Positions 22,096 through 32,997 of a stretch of 64,000 nucleotides of DNA are shown piece after piece. Every line of letters starts with the position of its first letter. Positions within the stretch are counted from its first letter, which is position 1. A program made the translations under genes and the position numbers. The stretch is from Chloroflexia bacterium (lineage in GTDB: Bacteria; Chloroflexota; Chloroflexia; DTKN01), in the NCBI GenBank assembly GCA_034433695.1, contig DAOUAK010000038.1, positions 2,758 through 66,757 of the forward strand, written 5' to 3'. The notes under the pieces are model-generated. The model did not search any database, had not been told where the DNA came from, and was given only the letters and a program-made list of their open reading frames with translations.

Positions 22096-22098
22096 TCA
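22096..22098 (-). other. In-frame TGA at the predicted thioester-cysteine codon of the A2M gene (candidate Sec recoding site, inactivating mutation or sequencing error)
   Basis: Minus-strand reading is ...GAT TAC CCC TTT GGC TGA ACG GAA CAG ACG ATG..., i.e. DYPFG-stop-TEQTM. Canonical A2M thioester motif is YP(Y/F)G-C-x-E-Q. Confidence 0.7.
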
Positions 22099-25000
22099 GC
22101 CAAAGGGGTAATCGATGAGGTACTCCAGGCCGTCCAGAAGGGCGTTCACCACCGAGGGCGAAAGGCGGATCTCCAGCGTGGTCACCTCGGGAATCGCCTT
22201 CTCCGGCAAGACGATGCGCTCGATGTGTTCGCCCTGGAATTCCCCGGCCCACGTTTCCACCCGGGGCACGGCAAAGGGGCGCACCGGAATCGCGTACTGG
22301 ACGGCATCGCTCAGGCCCCCGCCCCGGGCGTAGGCGGTGACGGTGACGGCGCCCAGGGTGCCGGCTTCCAGGGCCCAATGGAGTGGGGCCGTTTCCCCGG
22401 CGGCCAGGCTTAGCGTCTGGGTAAGCGGGCTATGGAGGGCCAGACCCTGGGGAAGCAGGCCGGCCTGGAGGGATAGAGGACCTTCGCTGTAGTTATGCAA
22501 CGTGGCGGTCAGGGTGAAGGTATCGCCCTGGATGAGGAAGCGGGGGACGGCCGGCCGGATGACCAGCGGCTGGGTGACGGTGAGCGCCACCGTCCCCTCG
22601 CCCAGGCGCGTATCCACGGTGACGGCGCGGGCCAGCAGCCGCCAGCGGGTGAGCGAATCGGGCAGGCGCAACGTCACGACGGCCCGACCTTCGGCATCGG
22701 TCAGGATGCGGGGGTTCCAGTAGGCCGTATCGGGAAAATGGCGGCGCGGGTTGCCCACGTCAATGCCGTCGCCTCCACCGCCCCTCTCCGCCCCACCGAG
22801 TTCCCGCACCGGCTTGAGGGAGTGATAGGTGCGCACCAGGTTCGTCCGGCGGCTGTAGAAAGCCTCGAAGGGGTCCTGTGCCAGGTCCTGGGAAAGGGCG
22901 TAAATGGCCTCATCCACCACGGCCAGGGAAAGTTCGGCCTGCACCGGCCGGCCGGCTACATCGGTTACCTGAATGACGATTTCGGCCTCCTCCCGAGGCG
23001 CGTAGGTCGGGCGCTGCGGGGTAAGGGTCACCCGCAGGCGGCGCTCCTCCGGCGGAACGGCAAGTTCGGTACTGGCGATCAGGAGTTCGGCATCGGGGAT
23101 ACTGGTGTAACTCCAGTGGTCGAGCGGCTGGTTCGTCGGCCGGTAAATCTGCACCGTGACGAAAATGTTGGGGACAAAGTCGGCCTCCACGGGCAGGGTG
23201 ATGGCGGTGACGGTTCCGCTCAACTCCACCGGCTGCATCCGCCGCACCCGACCGCGCTCCAGGGTCAGGAGGGCCGTGCCGGTCACCGGCGAATGCACCA
23301 GAAGCCGGGCCGTCTCGCCCACAGTATAAGAGGATTTGTCGGCGCTGATGCTCAGGCCTCCGCCCTGCCCCCAGTCGACCCAGGGCGTAGCACCGGTGGG
23401 GTCATAGACCCAGATCCAATCCTCCAGTTCCTTTTCCCCCTGCACCAACACCCGGAACCACCCCTGCCGATCCACACGCAGGGGGAGGCGAGCCTGGCCG
23501 GAAGCACCGGTGACGAGTTCTCCCTGGGCCACGGGGACGTATTTCTCTCCATCCCAGTGGTAGATGCCGCCTTGGAGCCGGGCGCCGGCCACTGGCCTTC
23601 CCAGGTAATCGTGCACTACCACCTCCAGAGGAATCTCCTCCCCAGGCGAGTAAATATGGCGTCCCAAGAGCAAGGCGGCACCCTGCGGGTTTCGGTATAC
23701 CTCCACCAGGGCATGGCCGCTGACCGACTGACCGCTTCCGTCCTCCACCGTGGCCTCCAGGTCGAGGCGGGAAAGGTCGGGCGACCACCAGGAGTATTCG
23801 GCTATCCGGGCCGGGATACGCACCACCCAGCGCCCCTGGGCATCGGTAGTGCCGCCATAGTCCCCCTCCCGGTACAATTGGGCCCAGCAGTCGGAGGCAT
23901 CCATCCCGCATTCCCATTCACCGTAGGCCTGCTTGTAGACGGTCAGTTTGACCGGGGCTCCGGTCACAGGCCGGCCGAAATAGTACTGGGCCTCCACGGT
24001 CACCGTGATCGTCTCGCTCAGGAGGTAGCGCCCGCGGTCGGTCGTCACGGTGACCTGATAATCGGGCTTGCGGTACTCTTCCACCTTGAGCGCCTGGCGG
24101 GTAACCTCTTCGCCCACGACCACCTCGACGTTATAGGTGCCCAGCGTTCCACCTTCGGCCAGGGCAAAAGAGGTGTAGGCGGTGCCGAATTCGTTCAAAG
24201 GAAGCACCTGGGTGGCCAGAACGTTATCGCGGGCATCGCGCAGGCGCACGGTGATCGGGGTGCCGGCCGGGGGCAGGGAGTAGAGGGCATCGTCATCGTT
24301 GCGGACGACAGCGCGGACGTGGACCGTCTGGCCGGGCCGGTAGATAGGGCGGTCGGTATAGACATAGACGCGGAAAAGCCGGCCGGTAGGCGGGTTGGTG
24401 AGCCAGCCGCGCCAGGACCACCAGCCGCCCTGGGCATCCCACTCCGGCCCAAAGCCGCAGAGCGTCGTTTCGCCCTCCACCTCTCCCAGGGCGAGGAGCG
24501 GGTCGGTATCCCCCCCTACCGTTATCTCGAAGCGGCCCTGCTCCTCGGTCATACCCTGGCCGTAGAGCCGGCCGGAGCGGTCGTAGAGACGCACCACCAT
24601 GCCAGGGCGGGGCTGACCGGTGGAGATGCGCGTGGCGTACCCGGCCACCTGATGCTGGGCGGTGGTGCCGAGGCCGGTGGAGGCTTCCTTGAGGAGGAGG
24701 GTATAATGGGTCAGCACGACGATCAGGCGGTCGCCGTGGCCGGTGGAGGCTTGGGGGGCCAGGACATAGAGGCCGGGAGGAAGGTCGGCCGGGAGGGTCA
24801 CCTCCCTGTCCGTCTCCTCGGCTCTCCACTGGCGCACGATGGGCAATCCTTCGATGGAGATGACCACCGGGCTCTTGAGGGAGGAGGTATAGTCGGCCAG
24901 GAGGCGTTCCATCGGGAGTTGATAGAGGACAAAGATGGGAGGACAGGAGGCCGAATCCCAGCGCTCGTACTGGATACGGCGGGGGCCGGCGGCATCCATA

Positions 25001-26145
25001 ATCTGAATGTTGGGTCCGTAGCCAAAGTTCACCGCGGTCTGCCGGTAGTCGACCCGAAAGTTCCAGCGGAGCGGCTTCCGCAGGAGCGGGCTACCGTCGG
25101 CAGCACGGGCAGAAGGTTCCAGAAGCACCTGGTAGGTCTCCGAAGAAAGCTCCCCCGAAGGAACAAAGCGCAGGGCGGTTTTCTCCCATTCGAAGGTGCC
25201 GGCGAGGGTAGGGGTGATATGGAAGGCGGCCTCGACGCTGGCGTGGTCGGGTTCCCGGTCGAAGGTGATGCCGATGGTGCTGCAGGGCGAGGCCTTTCCT
25301 TTGGGGAAAACATCCACCACCCGCGAACGAGTGGTAAAGGTCCAGTGCAGCGGTTTCGCCAGGGTCATTATTCCGGCTTCATCCCGTGCCCCGGCATCCA
25401 GGGTGAGGGTATAGGTCGTCTCCACCTCCCAGCCATCTTCCGGCTCCAGAAGCAAGGTTCCTTTCGACCAGGAGAGGCGGTAGGGCGTCGCCGGCTCCAG
25501 GTGCAGGGCCTGTTCGATGGAGCGTGCGTCGACCGGATAGGGGAAGGAGAGAGATAGAGGGGCATCGGGATCGCGCCCCTGGGAGGCCCCGAGAAAGGTG
25601 GCAAAGGGCTGGGTGGTGAAGATGAGGCGAGGCGAGTTCCGGGCGCTGCGCACCTCGAGGATGTAGCGGGTTGCCGGTAGCCAGGCGGGGATGGGGGTCA
25701 GGGCCAGGGAACGTTCGTCCACGATCGTCCGGCGCAGGGGCACGCTCGGCGAGATCACGATCCGCACCGTCCTCGGGTCGATGGGGCGGTCGAAGGTGAG
25801 GACGAGAGAAGCCTGCAAGTGGGATGGGATCGGCCCGGTGCTTGTCAGGGGCGGAGATTTGCCCGGGGCGAAATCCTCCTGGAGGCGTTCCTCCACGAAC
25901 GCCCACCAGCTGATGGCCGGTGGGACGGGGGTAGGGGTAGGGGCCGGCGTGGATGTGGGGGACGGGGTAGACGTCGGGGAGGCGGTTGGGAGTGGAGGAG
26001 GCGGAGCGGCCGTCTCCCAGACGGCCGGCAGGAGCACCAGAAACAGAAGGAGCAGGAAGCCGAGAAACGGAACGGGCGCGATCAGACGGATGGACCCTTT
26101 CATCGTGCACCTCCTGGACAACTCCGGTGAGACCTTTGCCCTCAT
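22096..26145 (-). CDS. Alpha-2-macroglobulin family protein, N-terminal part (signal peptide, Ig-like and MG domains, bait region, A2M domain)
   Basis: Signal peptide and Pro/Thr linker. MG2-like motifs (YVYTDRPIYRPGQTVHVRAVV, KPDYQVTVTTDRGRY). Ends ...LEYLIDYPFG immediately before the TGA. CAGGAGGTG RBS before ATG at 26145. Confidence 0.8.
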   Translation of the reverse strand: MRAKVSPELSRRCTMKGSIRLIAPVPFLGFLLLLFLVLLPAVWETAAPPPPLPTASPTSTPSPTSTPAPTPTPVPPAISWWAFVEERLQEDFAPGKSPPLTSTGPIPSHLQASLVLTFDRPIDPRTVRIVISPSVPLRRTIVDERSLALTPIPAWLPATRYILEVRSARNSPRLIFTTQPFATFLGASQGRDPDAPLSLSFPYPVDARSIEQALHLEPATPYRLSWSKGTLLLEPEDGWEVETTYTLTLDAGARDEAGIMTLAKPLHWTFTTRSRVVDVFPKGKASPCSTIGITFDREPDHASVEAAFHITPTLAGTFEWEKTALRFVPSGELSSETYQVLLEPSARAADGSPLLRKPLRWNFRVDYRQTAVNFGYGPNIQIMDAAGPRRIQYERWDSASCPPIFVLYQLPMERLLADYTSSLKSPVVISIEGLPIVRQWRAEETDREVTLPADLPPGLYVLAPQASTGHGDRLIVVLTHYTLLLKEASTGLGTTAQHQVAGYATRISTGQPRPGMVVRLYDRSGRLYGQGMTEEQGRFEITVGGDTDPLLALGEVEGETTLCGFGPEWDAQGGWWSWRGWLTNPPTGRLFRVYVYTDRPIYRPGQTVHVRAVVRNDDDALYSLPPAGTPITVRLRDARDNVLATQVLPLNEFGTAYTSFALAEGGTLGTYNVEVVVGEEVTRQALKVEEYRKPDYQVTVTTDRGRYLLSETITVTVEAQYYFGRPVTGAPVKLTVYKQAYGEWECGMDASDCWAQLYREGDYGGTTDAQGRWVVRIPARIAEYSWWSPDLSRLDLEATVEDGSGQSVSGHALVEVYRNPQGAALLLGRHIYSPGEEIPLEVVVHDYLGRPVAGARLQGGIYHWDGEKYVPVAQGELVTGASGQARLPLRVDRQGWFRVLVQGEKELEDWIWVYDPTGATPWVDWGQGGGLSISADKSSYTVGETARLLVHSPVTGTALLTLERGRVRRMQPVELSGTVTAITLPVEADFVPNIFVTVQIYRPTNQPLDHWSYTSIPDAELLIASTELAVPPEERRLRVTLTPQRPTYAPREEAEIVIQVTDVAGRPVQAELSLAVVDEAIYALSQDLAQDPFEAFYSRRTNLVRTYHSLKPVRELGGAERGGGGDGIDVGNPRRHFPDTAYWNPRILTDAEGRAVVTLRLPDSLTRWRLLARAVTVDTRLGEGTVALTVTQPLVIRPAVPRFLIQGDTFTLTATLHNYSEGPLSLQAGLLPQGLALHSPLTQTLSLAAGETAPLHWALEAGTLGAVTVTAYARGGGLSDAVQYAIPVRPFAVPRVETWAGEFQGEHIERIVLPEKAIPEVTTLEIRLSPSVVNALLDGLEYLIDYPFG

Positions 26146-26240
26146 GTTACATCCGAAGTCATCCCGAGGGCCGACGTCAGGGGATTTGTTGGCCTACGTT
26201 TGTTCGACGCCAGGTAGACGGGGGCGTAAGGGAACGGCTT

Positions 26241-27182
26241 TCAAGAGGATGGCCAGCGCCAGGGTTCGTCCAGCAGGTGCACCTCCACCGTCTCGATGCC
26301 GTCCAGGCCTCGCAGGGCCCGGCGCACCTGCTCGGTGAGGTAGCCGGCCAGGGGGCAGGTAGGGCTGGTGAGCACCATATCTACCTCGGCCCGTCTTCCC
26401 TCCACCCGCACGTCGCGGATCAGTCCCATCTCCACCAAATTGCCTCCGACCTCGGGGTCGGGGATGCCGCGCAGGGCCTCCCAGGCCCGGGCCCGGACCT
26501 CGTCGGGCGGGGCAGGAGGAGAGAGGGGCGAGACACCGACCAGGGCCTCTTCCAGGGCACGTACCCGCTCTTCCAGCCGGCTGTAACGCTCCAGCACCTG
26601 GCTGAGGGCCTGCATCACCGGGTCGGGCAGGCGGCCGTGCTCCAGGTAGCCGGTGAGGTCGGCCGGTTCCCGGGGACCGGCCAGCCGGGCCGGCACCCCC
26701 ACCACCGTGGCCCCGGCCGGCACCGACCGCACCACCACCGAACCGGCCCCGATGCGGGCATCGTCCCCCACGGTGATCGGCCCCAGGAGGATGGCCCCGG
26801 CCCCGATGACCACCCGGTTGCCCACCGTCGGATGACGCTTGGTCTTCTGCAGGCTGGTCCCGCCCAGGACGACCCCCTGGTAGAGGAGCACATCGTCGCC
26901 CACCTCGGCCGTCTCTCCGATCACCACCCCCATGCCGTGGTCAATGAAGCAGCGCCGGCCAATCTTGGCTCCGGGGTGGATCTCCACGCCGGTCAGGAAG
27001 CGGTTGAAATGGGAAAGCAGTCGCCCCAGGAATTTGAAGCCGTGCCGCCAGAGGAAATGGGCCAGACGGTGCAACCAGATGGCATGGAGGCCCGGGTAGG
27101 TAAAGAGGACCTCCCAGACCGTGCGGGCGGCGGGGTCTTTGGCAAAGGCGGTGGCGATGTCCTCGCGCAGCATACGGAACAT
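26241..27182 (-). CDS. cysE: Serine O-acetyltransferase fused to a C-terminal DUF59/MIP18 (SufT-like Fe-S assembly) domain
   Basis: N-terminal SAT helical region and hexapeptide repeats ([44 protein letters not shown]). C-terminal ~90 aa carry [17 protein letters not shown]...[13 protein letters not shown], the DUF59 hallmark. Confidence 0.75.
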   Translation of the reverse strand: MFRMLREDIATAFAKDPAARTVWEVLFTYPGLHAIWLHRLAHFLWRHGFKFLGRLLSHFNRFLTGVEIHPGAKIGRRCFIDHGMGVVIGETAEVGDDVLLYQGVVLGGTSLQKTKRHPTVGNRVVIGAGAILLGPITVGDDARIGAGSVVVRSVPAGATVVGVPARLAGPREPADLTGYLEHGRLPDPVMQALSQVLERYSRLEERVRALEEALVGVSPLSPPAPPDEVRARAWEALRGIPDPEVGGNLVEMGLIRDVRVEGRRAEVDMVLTSPTCPLAGYLTEQVRRALRGLDGIETVEVHLLDEPWRWPSS

Positions 27183-27198
27183 TTCGCGCTCCTGGGGA

Positions 27199-28158
27199 CT
27201 AATCCCCGAAGAGGTCGGTGCTCAGGTAGCGCTCCCCGGTATCGGGGAGGACGACGACGATGAGGGCCCCCGCGTTTTCCGGCCGGCCGGCCACCTGAAG
27301 GGCGGCATGTGCCGCCGCTCCGGAGGAGATGCCGCAGAGGATGCCCTCCTCGCGGGCCAGGCGGCGGGCCATGGCGATGGCTTCCTCGTCCTGGACCCGG
27401 ATAATCTCATCCACCAGGTCCAGGCGCAACACCTCGGGGATGAAGCCGGCCCCGATGCCCTGAATTCGGTGGGAACCCCGTTGGCCGCCCGAAAGGACCG
27501 GAGAGCGGGCCGGCTCGACGGCGATGGCCCGGAAGGAGGGTTTGCGGGCCTTGATGACCTCGGCCACGCCGGTGATCGTCCCTCCCGTGCCCACGCCGGC
27601 CACCAGGATGTCCACCTGGCCGTCGGTATCGCGCCAGATCTCCTCGGCGGTGGTGCGGCGGTGGACGGCGGGATTGGCCGGGTTGCGGAACTGCTGGGGG
27701 ATAAAGTAACGCGGGTCCTGGGCGGCCAGTTCCTCGGCCCGGCGCACGGCCCCGGGCATCCCTTCATCCCCCGGCGTCAGGATGAGTTCGGCCCCTAGGG
27801 CCCGAAGCAGCCGGCGGCGCTCCAGGCTCATCGTCTCCGGCATCGTCAGCACCAGGCGGTAGCCGCGGGCGGCGCAGACCATGGCCAGGGCGATGCCGGT
27901 GTTGCCGCTGGTCGGCTCCAGGATGATCGTGTCGGGTCCGATGAGGCCGGCCTGCTCGGCAGCCTCGATCATGCTCAACCCGATGCGATCCTTCACACTG
28001 GAACAGGGGTTGAACGACTCCAACTTGGCCAGAACGGTGGCCCCAAGCCCCCGGGCGACACGGTTCAGGCGCACCAAGGGGGTGTTGCCGATCGTCTCGG
28101 TGATATCCCTGTAGATCCGACCCATCGCTTTCCTCCGGAAGGTCCTCCAATCTGCCAA
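27199..28158 (-). CDS. cysK: Cysteine synthase A (O-acetylserine sulfhydrylase)
   Basis: PLP-enzyme motifs [20 protein letters not shown] and [10 protein letters not shown]. Confidence 0.9.
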   Translation of the reverse strand: MADWRTFRRKAMGRIYRDITETIGNTPLVRLNRVARGLGATVLAKLESFNPCSSVKDRIGLSMIEAAEQAGLIGPDTIILEPTSGNTGIALAMVCAARGYRLVLTMPETMSLERRRLLRALGAELILTPGDEGMPGAVRRAEELAAQDPRYFIPQQFRNPANPAVHRRTTAEEIWRDTDGQVDILVAGVGTGGTITGVAEVIKARKPSFRAIAVEPARSPVLSGGQRGSHRIQGIGAGFIPEVLRLDLVDEIIRVQDEEAIAMARRLAREEGILCGISSGAAAHAALQVAGRPENAGALIVVVLPDTGERYLSTDLFGD

Positions 28159-28180
28159 TCCACTCCTCGAGGAAGGAGTA

Positions 28181-29968
28181 CTAATCCACCGTCAGCGTCT
28201 TGCTCAGATTGCGGGGAAAATCCGGGTCATAGCCCCGGGCCACGCTCAGGCGGTAGGCCAGGAGTTGCAGCGGAAGTACGGCCAGGAGGGGATTGAAGAG
28301 CGGGCCGGCCGAAGGCAGCACGATCAGGTCGTGGGCATTGGAGCGCAAGCGGGGGTCCTCTTCCCCGATGGCGATGGCCCGTCCGCCCCGACAGACCATC
28401 TCGTTGATGCCGCTGACCAGGAGGGGCACGTCTTCCGGGCCGGCCACAAAGAGCACGGCATAATCGTCCTGCACTGCCGAGAGGGGACCGTGCTTGAACT
28501 CGGTGGAAAGCATCCCCTCGCAGTGGGCGTAGGTAATCTCTTTCATCTTCAAGGCCCCCTCCAGGGCGATGGGATAGGTCAGGCCGTAGCCCAGACAATA
28601 GAGGTCATCCCGTTTCTCCAGGATCGGTTCCAGGGGGGCGATCTGCGGTTCCACCCGGGCAATCGTCTCTTCGAGCAGGTCGGGGAGGGCGTCCAGTTCC
28701 CCGGTGGAATGGCCGCCCAGACGCAGGGCGAGGAAAAGGAAGGCCACCGCCTGGTTCATAAAGGTCTTGGTGGCCGGCACGCTGATCTCATAGCCGCAGG
28801 CCAGGGGAAGGTAGCATTCGCTTTCGTGGCGCAGGGTGGAGCCGAGCACGTTGACCAGGGCCAGCCGGCCCATCCCCCGCTTCCGAGCCGCCTCCAGGGC
28901 GTTCAGCACGTCCTTGGTCTCCCCACTCTGGCTGACAAAGACCCCCACATCCTCCGGCCCTATGGCGTTGCCATACTGGGCGATGAATTGGGGGGCCAGG
29001 ATGGGGACGGCCGGCCGTCTGGCCAGCCGACCCAGATAGATGGCCCCCAGGAGACAGGCATGGTAACTGCTGCCGCAGCCGATCAGGTAGAGGTGATCGG
29101 CCCGGGCAATCCGCTCCACCATCGGTGCTACAAAGGGCGAGGCCTGGAGGAGGTGGAGGAGTTCCCGTACCCGCACCGGCTGCTCGTGAATTTCCTTCAG
29201 CATAAAGTGGGGATACCCCTCCTTCGTAGCCGCCTCGATGCTCTCGGTCACCCATTCCGGCTCCCGTTCCACCCGGCTGCCGTCCTCCACCTGGCGCAGT
29301 TCCACCCGATCGGGCCACAGGATAACGATCTCGCCGTCCTGCACCCGCAAGATGCGGCGGGTCAACGGCAGGATGGAGGGAAGGTCGGAGGAAACGCAGG
29401 TGGCCCAATCGGCCAGGCCGACCGCCAGGCTGGAGCCTTTCTTCAGAGCGTAGAGGCAGTCCTCGCCCATCCGGCCGATGACAAAGGCATAATCCCCGGC
29501 CAGGTCGTTATAGGCGCGGCGGATGGCCTCCACCATGTCATAGCCCCGATTCACATAGCGCTCCACGGCGTGGACGCACGACTCGCCGTCGTTGGTGGAG
29601 CGGACGATCATCCCCTCGGCCATGAATTCCAGGCGCAGTTCGACGTTGTTGACCACGTTGCCGTTGTGGGCACCGACCATATCGCCATCCGAGTCCAGGT
29701 GAGGCTGGGCGTTGGCCTGGGAGGGAGCGCCGAAGGTGGCCCAGCGGAGTTGCAGGATGCCCCGCCGACCGGCCATCTCGGCAAAGTTCAGCCGTTCGGC
29801 CACCTCGTCCACCCGCCCCACGTCCTTGCGGAGGTCAATGCCCTCGTCATCCAGGGTGGCACAGCCGACCGAATCATAGCCCCGGTAGGAGAGGCGCCGG
29901 CCGGCCTCGATGAGGATCGGCCCTAACGTCCGCCGATGATCGGTGACAATGCCAAAGATGCCGCACAT
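28181..29968 (-). CDS. glmS: Glutamine--fructose-6-phosphate aminotransferase (isomerising)
   Basis: N-terminal MCGIFGIV (Ntn glutaminase Cys2). Two SIS domains and C-terminal ...KTLTVD. AAGGAGGG RBS. Confidence 0.95.
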   Translation of the reverse strand: MCGIFGIVTDHRRTLGPILIEAGRRLSYRGYDSVGCATLDDEGIDLRKDVGRVDEVAERLNFAEMAGRRGILQLRWATFGAPSQANAQPHLDSDGDMVGAHNGNVVNNVELRLEFMAEGMIVRSTNDGESCVHAVERYVNRGYDMVEAIRRAYNDLAGDYAFVIGRMGEDCLYALKKGSSLAVGLADWATCVSSDLPSILPLTRRILRVQDGEIVILWPDRVELRQVEDGSRVEREPEWVTESIEAATKEGYPHFMLKEIHEQPVRVRELLHLLQASPFVAPMVERIARADHLYLIGCGSSYHACLLGAIYLGRLARRPAVPILAPQFIAQYGNAIGPEDVGVFVSQSGETKDVLNALEAARKRGMGRLALVNVLGSTLRHESECYLPLACGYEISVPATKTFMNQAVAFLFLALRLGGHSTGELDALPDLLEETIARVEPQIAPLEPILEKRDDLYCLGYGLTYPIALEGALKMKEITYAHCEGMLSTEFKHGPLSAVQDDYAVLFVAGPEDVPLLVSGINEMVCRGGRAIAIGEEDPRLRSNAHDLIVLPSAGPLFNPLLAVLPLQLLAYRLSVARGYDPDFPRNLSKTLTVD

Positions 29969-30039
29969 ACCGCCCTCCTTTTTGGCCTAGTGTACCACCC
30001 CGGCCCGATTCCGTCAAACCCAACTCCCTCCAGCACGGT

Positions 30040-30068
30040 TTGTATATCCGGGAGAGGCATAGTATAAT
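30040..30068 (+). promoter_or_regulatory. Sigma70-like promoter TTGTAT-N17-TATAAT directed toward the GT-C membrane protein gene
   Basis: ttgtat atccgggagaggcatag tataat, ~100 nt upstream of ATG 30167, in the glmS-divergent intergenic region. Confidence 0.4.
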
Positions 30069-30166
30069 GGAAACGATAACGTCCAGGGTCAGGTCCAGAG
30101 AGGAGCGCGGTTGGAACATCGAGACCCTCTCGAAGAGGGCCGGCCCCATCGGAGCCATTTCCGGCC

Positions 30167-32227
30167 ATGCAGAAGCAACCTTCACCCATTTTCCGCCCGA
30201 TCGCTACCCTGGGGAACGTCCTCCGCCGGGAGGTCCACCTCCTGGGACAGACCCTGGGCGATCCTTTCCTGGGCCTTTTGCTTCTGGGAACGGTTCTCCT
30301 GACCTTTCTGGCCGGCCAGGCCTTTCCCCCTTTCCGATTGGACGTCGGCGAGCAGCCGGATGAGGTCTACCTGAGCGGTTTTTACGAGCCGGAGAAGGCG
30401 GCCGGGGAGTCTTTCCGCTGGAGCACGGGAGAGGGTCGGCTGGACATTCCGGCCTCGGGCATGGTCCCCCTTCGCCTCGACCTGCGCCTCTCTGCCCCCA
30501 GGCCGGCCGAAGTTCCCCCACCACGCCTGAGCCTGGCCGGGAACGGCCACCTCCTCCTGGAGACAACCGTTGCCCCCGCTCCCCGGATTTACTCCCTTCT
30601 TCTTCCGGCGGAGGCCTCTTCCTTGGGAAATCTGGAGTTACGGTGGCGCAGCGAAACGTTCTCCCCGGGTGAAAGCGATCCTCGGGTATTGGGATTTGCG
30701 CTAGATCACCTGGAGATATGGCGGGTGGGCCGGCCGCTCGTCCTCCTCCCTCCCGAAGTCTACCTCTGTTCCCTTGCCACGGTCTTCTTGGCCGTGCTTC
30801 TGGCGCGGCGGCTGGGCTGGCCACGCCCGGGTGCCCTGGGCGTGGGGTTCGTCTGCGCCCTGGCGCTGGCCGCGGCCCTGGCCTGGGCCCGCCCGCTCCT
30901 GGCACCGGGCCTGCCTTTCCTCCCCCTGGCCCTGGCCTGCTCCTGGCTCTTCCACGCCCTCCTCCGGCGGCCGTTCGAGCGTTGCTTCGTCCGCCTGGGG
31001 GGCGGACTGCCCCTTTTCGCTGAGCGCGCCCTCTGGAGCACGGCGCTTTTCTTTCTGGCCGTGCGTCTGGCCGGCTGCCTTCACCCGGCGATGGAAACAT
31101 GGGACCTCTGCTTCCACTTCCACCGCCTTCAGGATGTGGCCCGGGGCGAACCTTTCTTCACCATCACCTCCGGGGAATGGCGGGGCTTGCAGACTCTCTA
31201 CCTGCCCTCGTTCTACGTCGTCCTGGCCCCCCTCTGGGCCGTCTTCGGCGGCCGGCTGGTGCCGCTCCAGGTCGCCGCCGTCCTTCTGGATACCTCGTCT
31301 GCCCTTCTGGTAGCCTACCTGTCCTGCCGGTTGCTGGGGAGGAAGGCGACCTGGCCGGCCGCCTTCCTTTACCTGACCATGCCGCAGTCCTCCATCATCT
31401 TCTCCTGGGGCATCGTAGCCAACATCTTCGGTCAGTGGCTTTTCTTGCTCCTGCTGGCCTTTTTCTTTTCCCCGGCCGGGAGGCTATCCCGCCGGCCGGC
31501 CTGGCTTTTGGCCGCGGGACTCCTGACGCTGGTGTGGCTTTCCCACCCCGGCACGGTCCTTCTGACGGCCGTCCTGCTGGGCGGCCTGCTTTTCCTGGCC
31601 CGGTTTTTCCCCGAGGGCCAAGGCCTTCCCCGGCCGGCCGTGGGGCGCTGGGTTGGGGTGGCGTTGGGGGCGCTGGCGCTTGTTACGGCGCTCTACTACA
31701 GCCACTTTGCCCCGACGATGTGGGCGGCGCTCCAGGAGATGGGGCAGGGAAGCAATCTGGAGCAGCCCCGCCATGGGGGAATCCTCATCCGTGGGCCGGT
31801 TACAGACCCCGACCTGGGCCTGCGGGCGGTCGAGGTCCAGGGTTGGGGACAGGCCATCCTGGCCGGAGCGGAAGAAGTGGCCGCCGAGGCCCGGGCTTAC
31901 TACGATGTCTGGCCACTTCTCCTGGCTCTGGCCGCGTTGCCCGGCCTGGCCTGGCAGCGGCGAGTTCCTGCCGTCCGGCTGCTGGGGCTGGCCTTTACAA
32001 CGGCCCTGTTTTTTGCTATGATTGGGTTGGTCTGGAATCTGTATGTGCGGTACATGTACTTTCTGCTGCCCTTTGTGGCGCTGGGAGGGGCCTGGTGGCC
32101 GGCCCACTGGAGCCGGCGTGGCCTGGCCGGCCGGTTGACGGCGCTCCTTACGGGGCTTTATTTGCTCTTCTTGGGGCTATCTTTCTGGGCCGGCCATGTG
32201 CTCTATTACTCGGCCGGTTGCCGTTGA
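30167..32227 (+). CDS. Polytopic membrane protein, putative GT-C-fold glycosyltransferase (PMT/ArnT-like) with an extracytoplasmic beta-rich insert
   Basis: 686 aa. One TM, then a ~130-aa soluble segment, then >10 hydrophobic helices. Sits directly upstream of two Dpm1-like GT2 genes. Confidence 0.45.
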   Translation: MQKQPSPIFRPIATLGNVLRREVHLLGQTLGDPFLGLLLLGTVLLTFLAGQAFPPFRLDVGEQPDEVYLSGFYEPEKAAGESFRWSTGEGRLDIPASGMVPLRLDLRLSAPRPAEVPPPRLSLAGNGHLLLETTVAPAPRIYSLLLPAEASSLGNLELRWRSETFSPGESDPRVLGFALDHLEIWRVGRPLVLLPPEVYLCSLATVFLAVLLARRLGWPRPGALGVGFVCALALAAALAWARPLLAPGLPFLPLALACSWLFHALLRRPFERCFVRLGGGLPLFAERALWSTALFFLAVRLAGCLHPAMETWDLCFHFHRLQDVARGEPFFTITSGEWRGLQTLYLPSFYVVLAPLWAVFGGRLVPLQVAAVLLDTSSALLVAYLSCRLLGRKATWPAAFLYLTMPQSSIIFSWGIVANIFGQWLFLLLLAFFFSPAGRLSRRPAWLLAAGLLTLVWLSHPGTVLLTAVLLGGLLFLARFFPEGQGLPRPAVGRWVGVALGALALVTALYYSHFAPTMWAALQEMGQGSNLEQPRHGGILIRGPVTDPDLGLRAVEVQGWGQAILAGAEEVAAEARAYYDVWPLLLALAALPGLAWQRRVPAVRLLGLAFTTALFFAMIGLVWNLYVRYMYFLLPFVALGGAWWPAHWSRRGLAGRLTALLTGLYLLFLGLSFWAGHVLYYSAGCR

Positions 32228-32237
32228 GGAGTTCCCG

Positions 32238-32942
32238 GTGGAAACGTTCCGCCGCCTGAGCATCGTCATCCCGGTCTATAACGAGCGCGATCGGGTCGGT
32301 CGGGTCATCGAAAAGGTCCTCCAGGCCGATACTTTGGGGCTGGAAAAAGAACTCATCATCGTAGACGACGGCTCCACCGACGGCACGCGCCAGGCGCTTG
32401 CGGCCTATGAGGGGCTGGAGAACGTGCGCATCTTCTACCAGGAACGCAACCAGGGCAAAGCGGCGGCCCTGCGCCGGGGCTTTGCCGAGGTCAGCGGAGA
32501 AATCGTCCTCGTCCAGGACGCCGACCTGGAATACGACCCGGAGAACTACCCGGCCCTGCTCCGCCCGATTCTGGAGGACAAGGCCGATGTCGTCTACGGC
32601 TCGCGCTTCCTGGGCGGTCCCCATCGGGTGCTCTTTTTCTGGCATTCTGTGGCGAATAAGATTCTCACCACCCTATCCAACATGTTCACCAATCTGAACC
32701 TGACCGACATGGAGACCGGTTACAAGGTCTTTCGCACGGAGGTCCTGCGTCGCCTCCGGTTACGCTCCAGCCGCTTCGGCTTCGAGCCGGAAGTCACGGC
32801 CAAGGTCGCCCGGCTGGGCTGCCGCATCTATGAAACGCCTATCTCCTACTACGGCCGCACCTATGCCGAAGGAAAAAAGATCGGCTGGAAGGATGCGTTC
32901 CAGGCCGTCTACTGCATTATCCGCTACGCCTTCTGGGATTAG
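32238..32942 (+). CDS. Family 2 glycosyltransferase, dolichyl/polyprenyl-phosphate sugar synthase-like (Dpm1/GtrB type)
   Basis: [10 protein letters not shown]...[11 protein letters not shown]...DADL and YGSRF motifs. GTG start with GAGGAG RBS. Confidence 0.75.
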   Translation: METFRRLSIVIPVYNERDRVGRVIEKVLQADTLGLEKELIIVDDGSTDGTRQALAAYEGLENVRIFYQERNQGKAAALRRGFAEVSGEIVLVQDADLEYDPENYPALLRPILEDKADVVYGSRFLGGPHRVLFFWHSVANKILTTLSNMFTNLNLTDMETGYKVFRTEVLRRLRLRSSRFGFEPEVTAKVARLGCRIYETPISYYGRTYAEGKKIGWKDAFQAVYCIIRYAFWD

Positions 32943-32997
32943 CGTTGCGGCCCTGTTCGCACCGGGTATTCTGCAACACGAAACACGGATCACGAAC

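Noticed and set aside
20683-26145. Calling the A2M locus simply a pseudogene
   Set aside because: Not rejected outright, but a single in-frame TGA at the exact thioester Cys codon with otherwise intact ~1800 codons is too specific to dismiss as generic decay. It is kept as two CDS parts plus a flagged recoding, mutation or error site.
29969-30170. Possible glmS ribozyme upstream of glmS
   Set aside because: I could not recognise the conserved glmS ribozyme core by eye. It needs cmsearch and is left as a low-interest finding rather than a feature.
30040-30363. 107-aa ORF overlapping the promoter and 5' end of the GT-C gene
   Set aside because: It overlaps a better-supported gene in another frame, has no RBS and has low-complexity composition.
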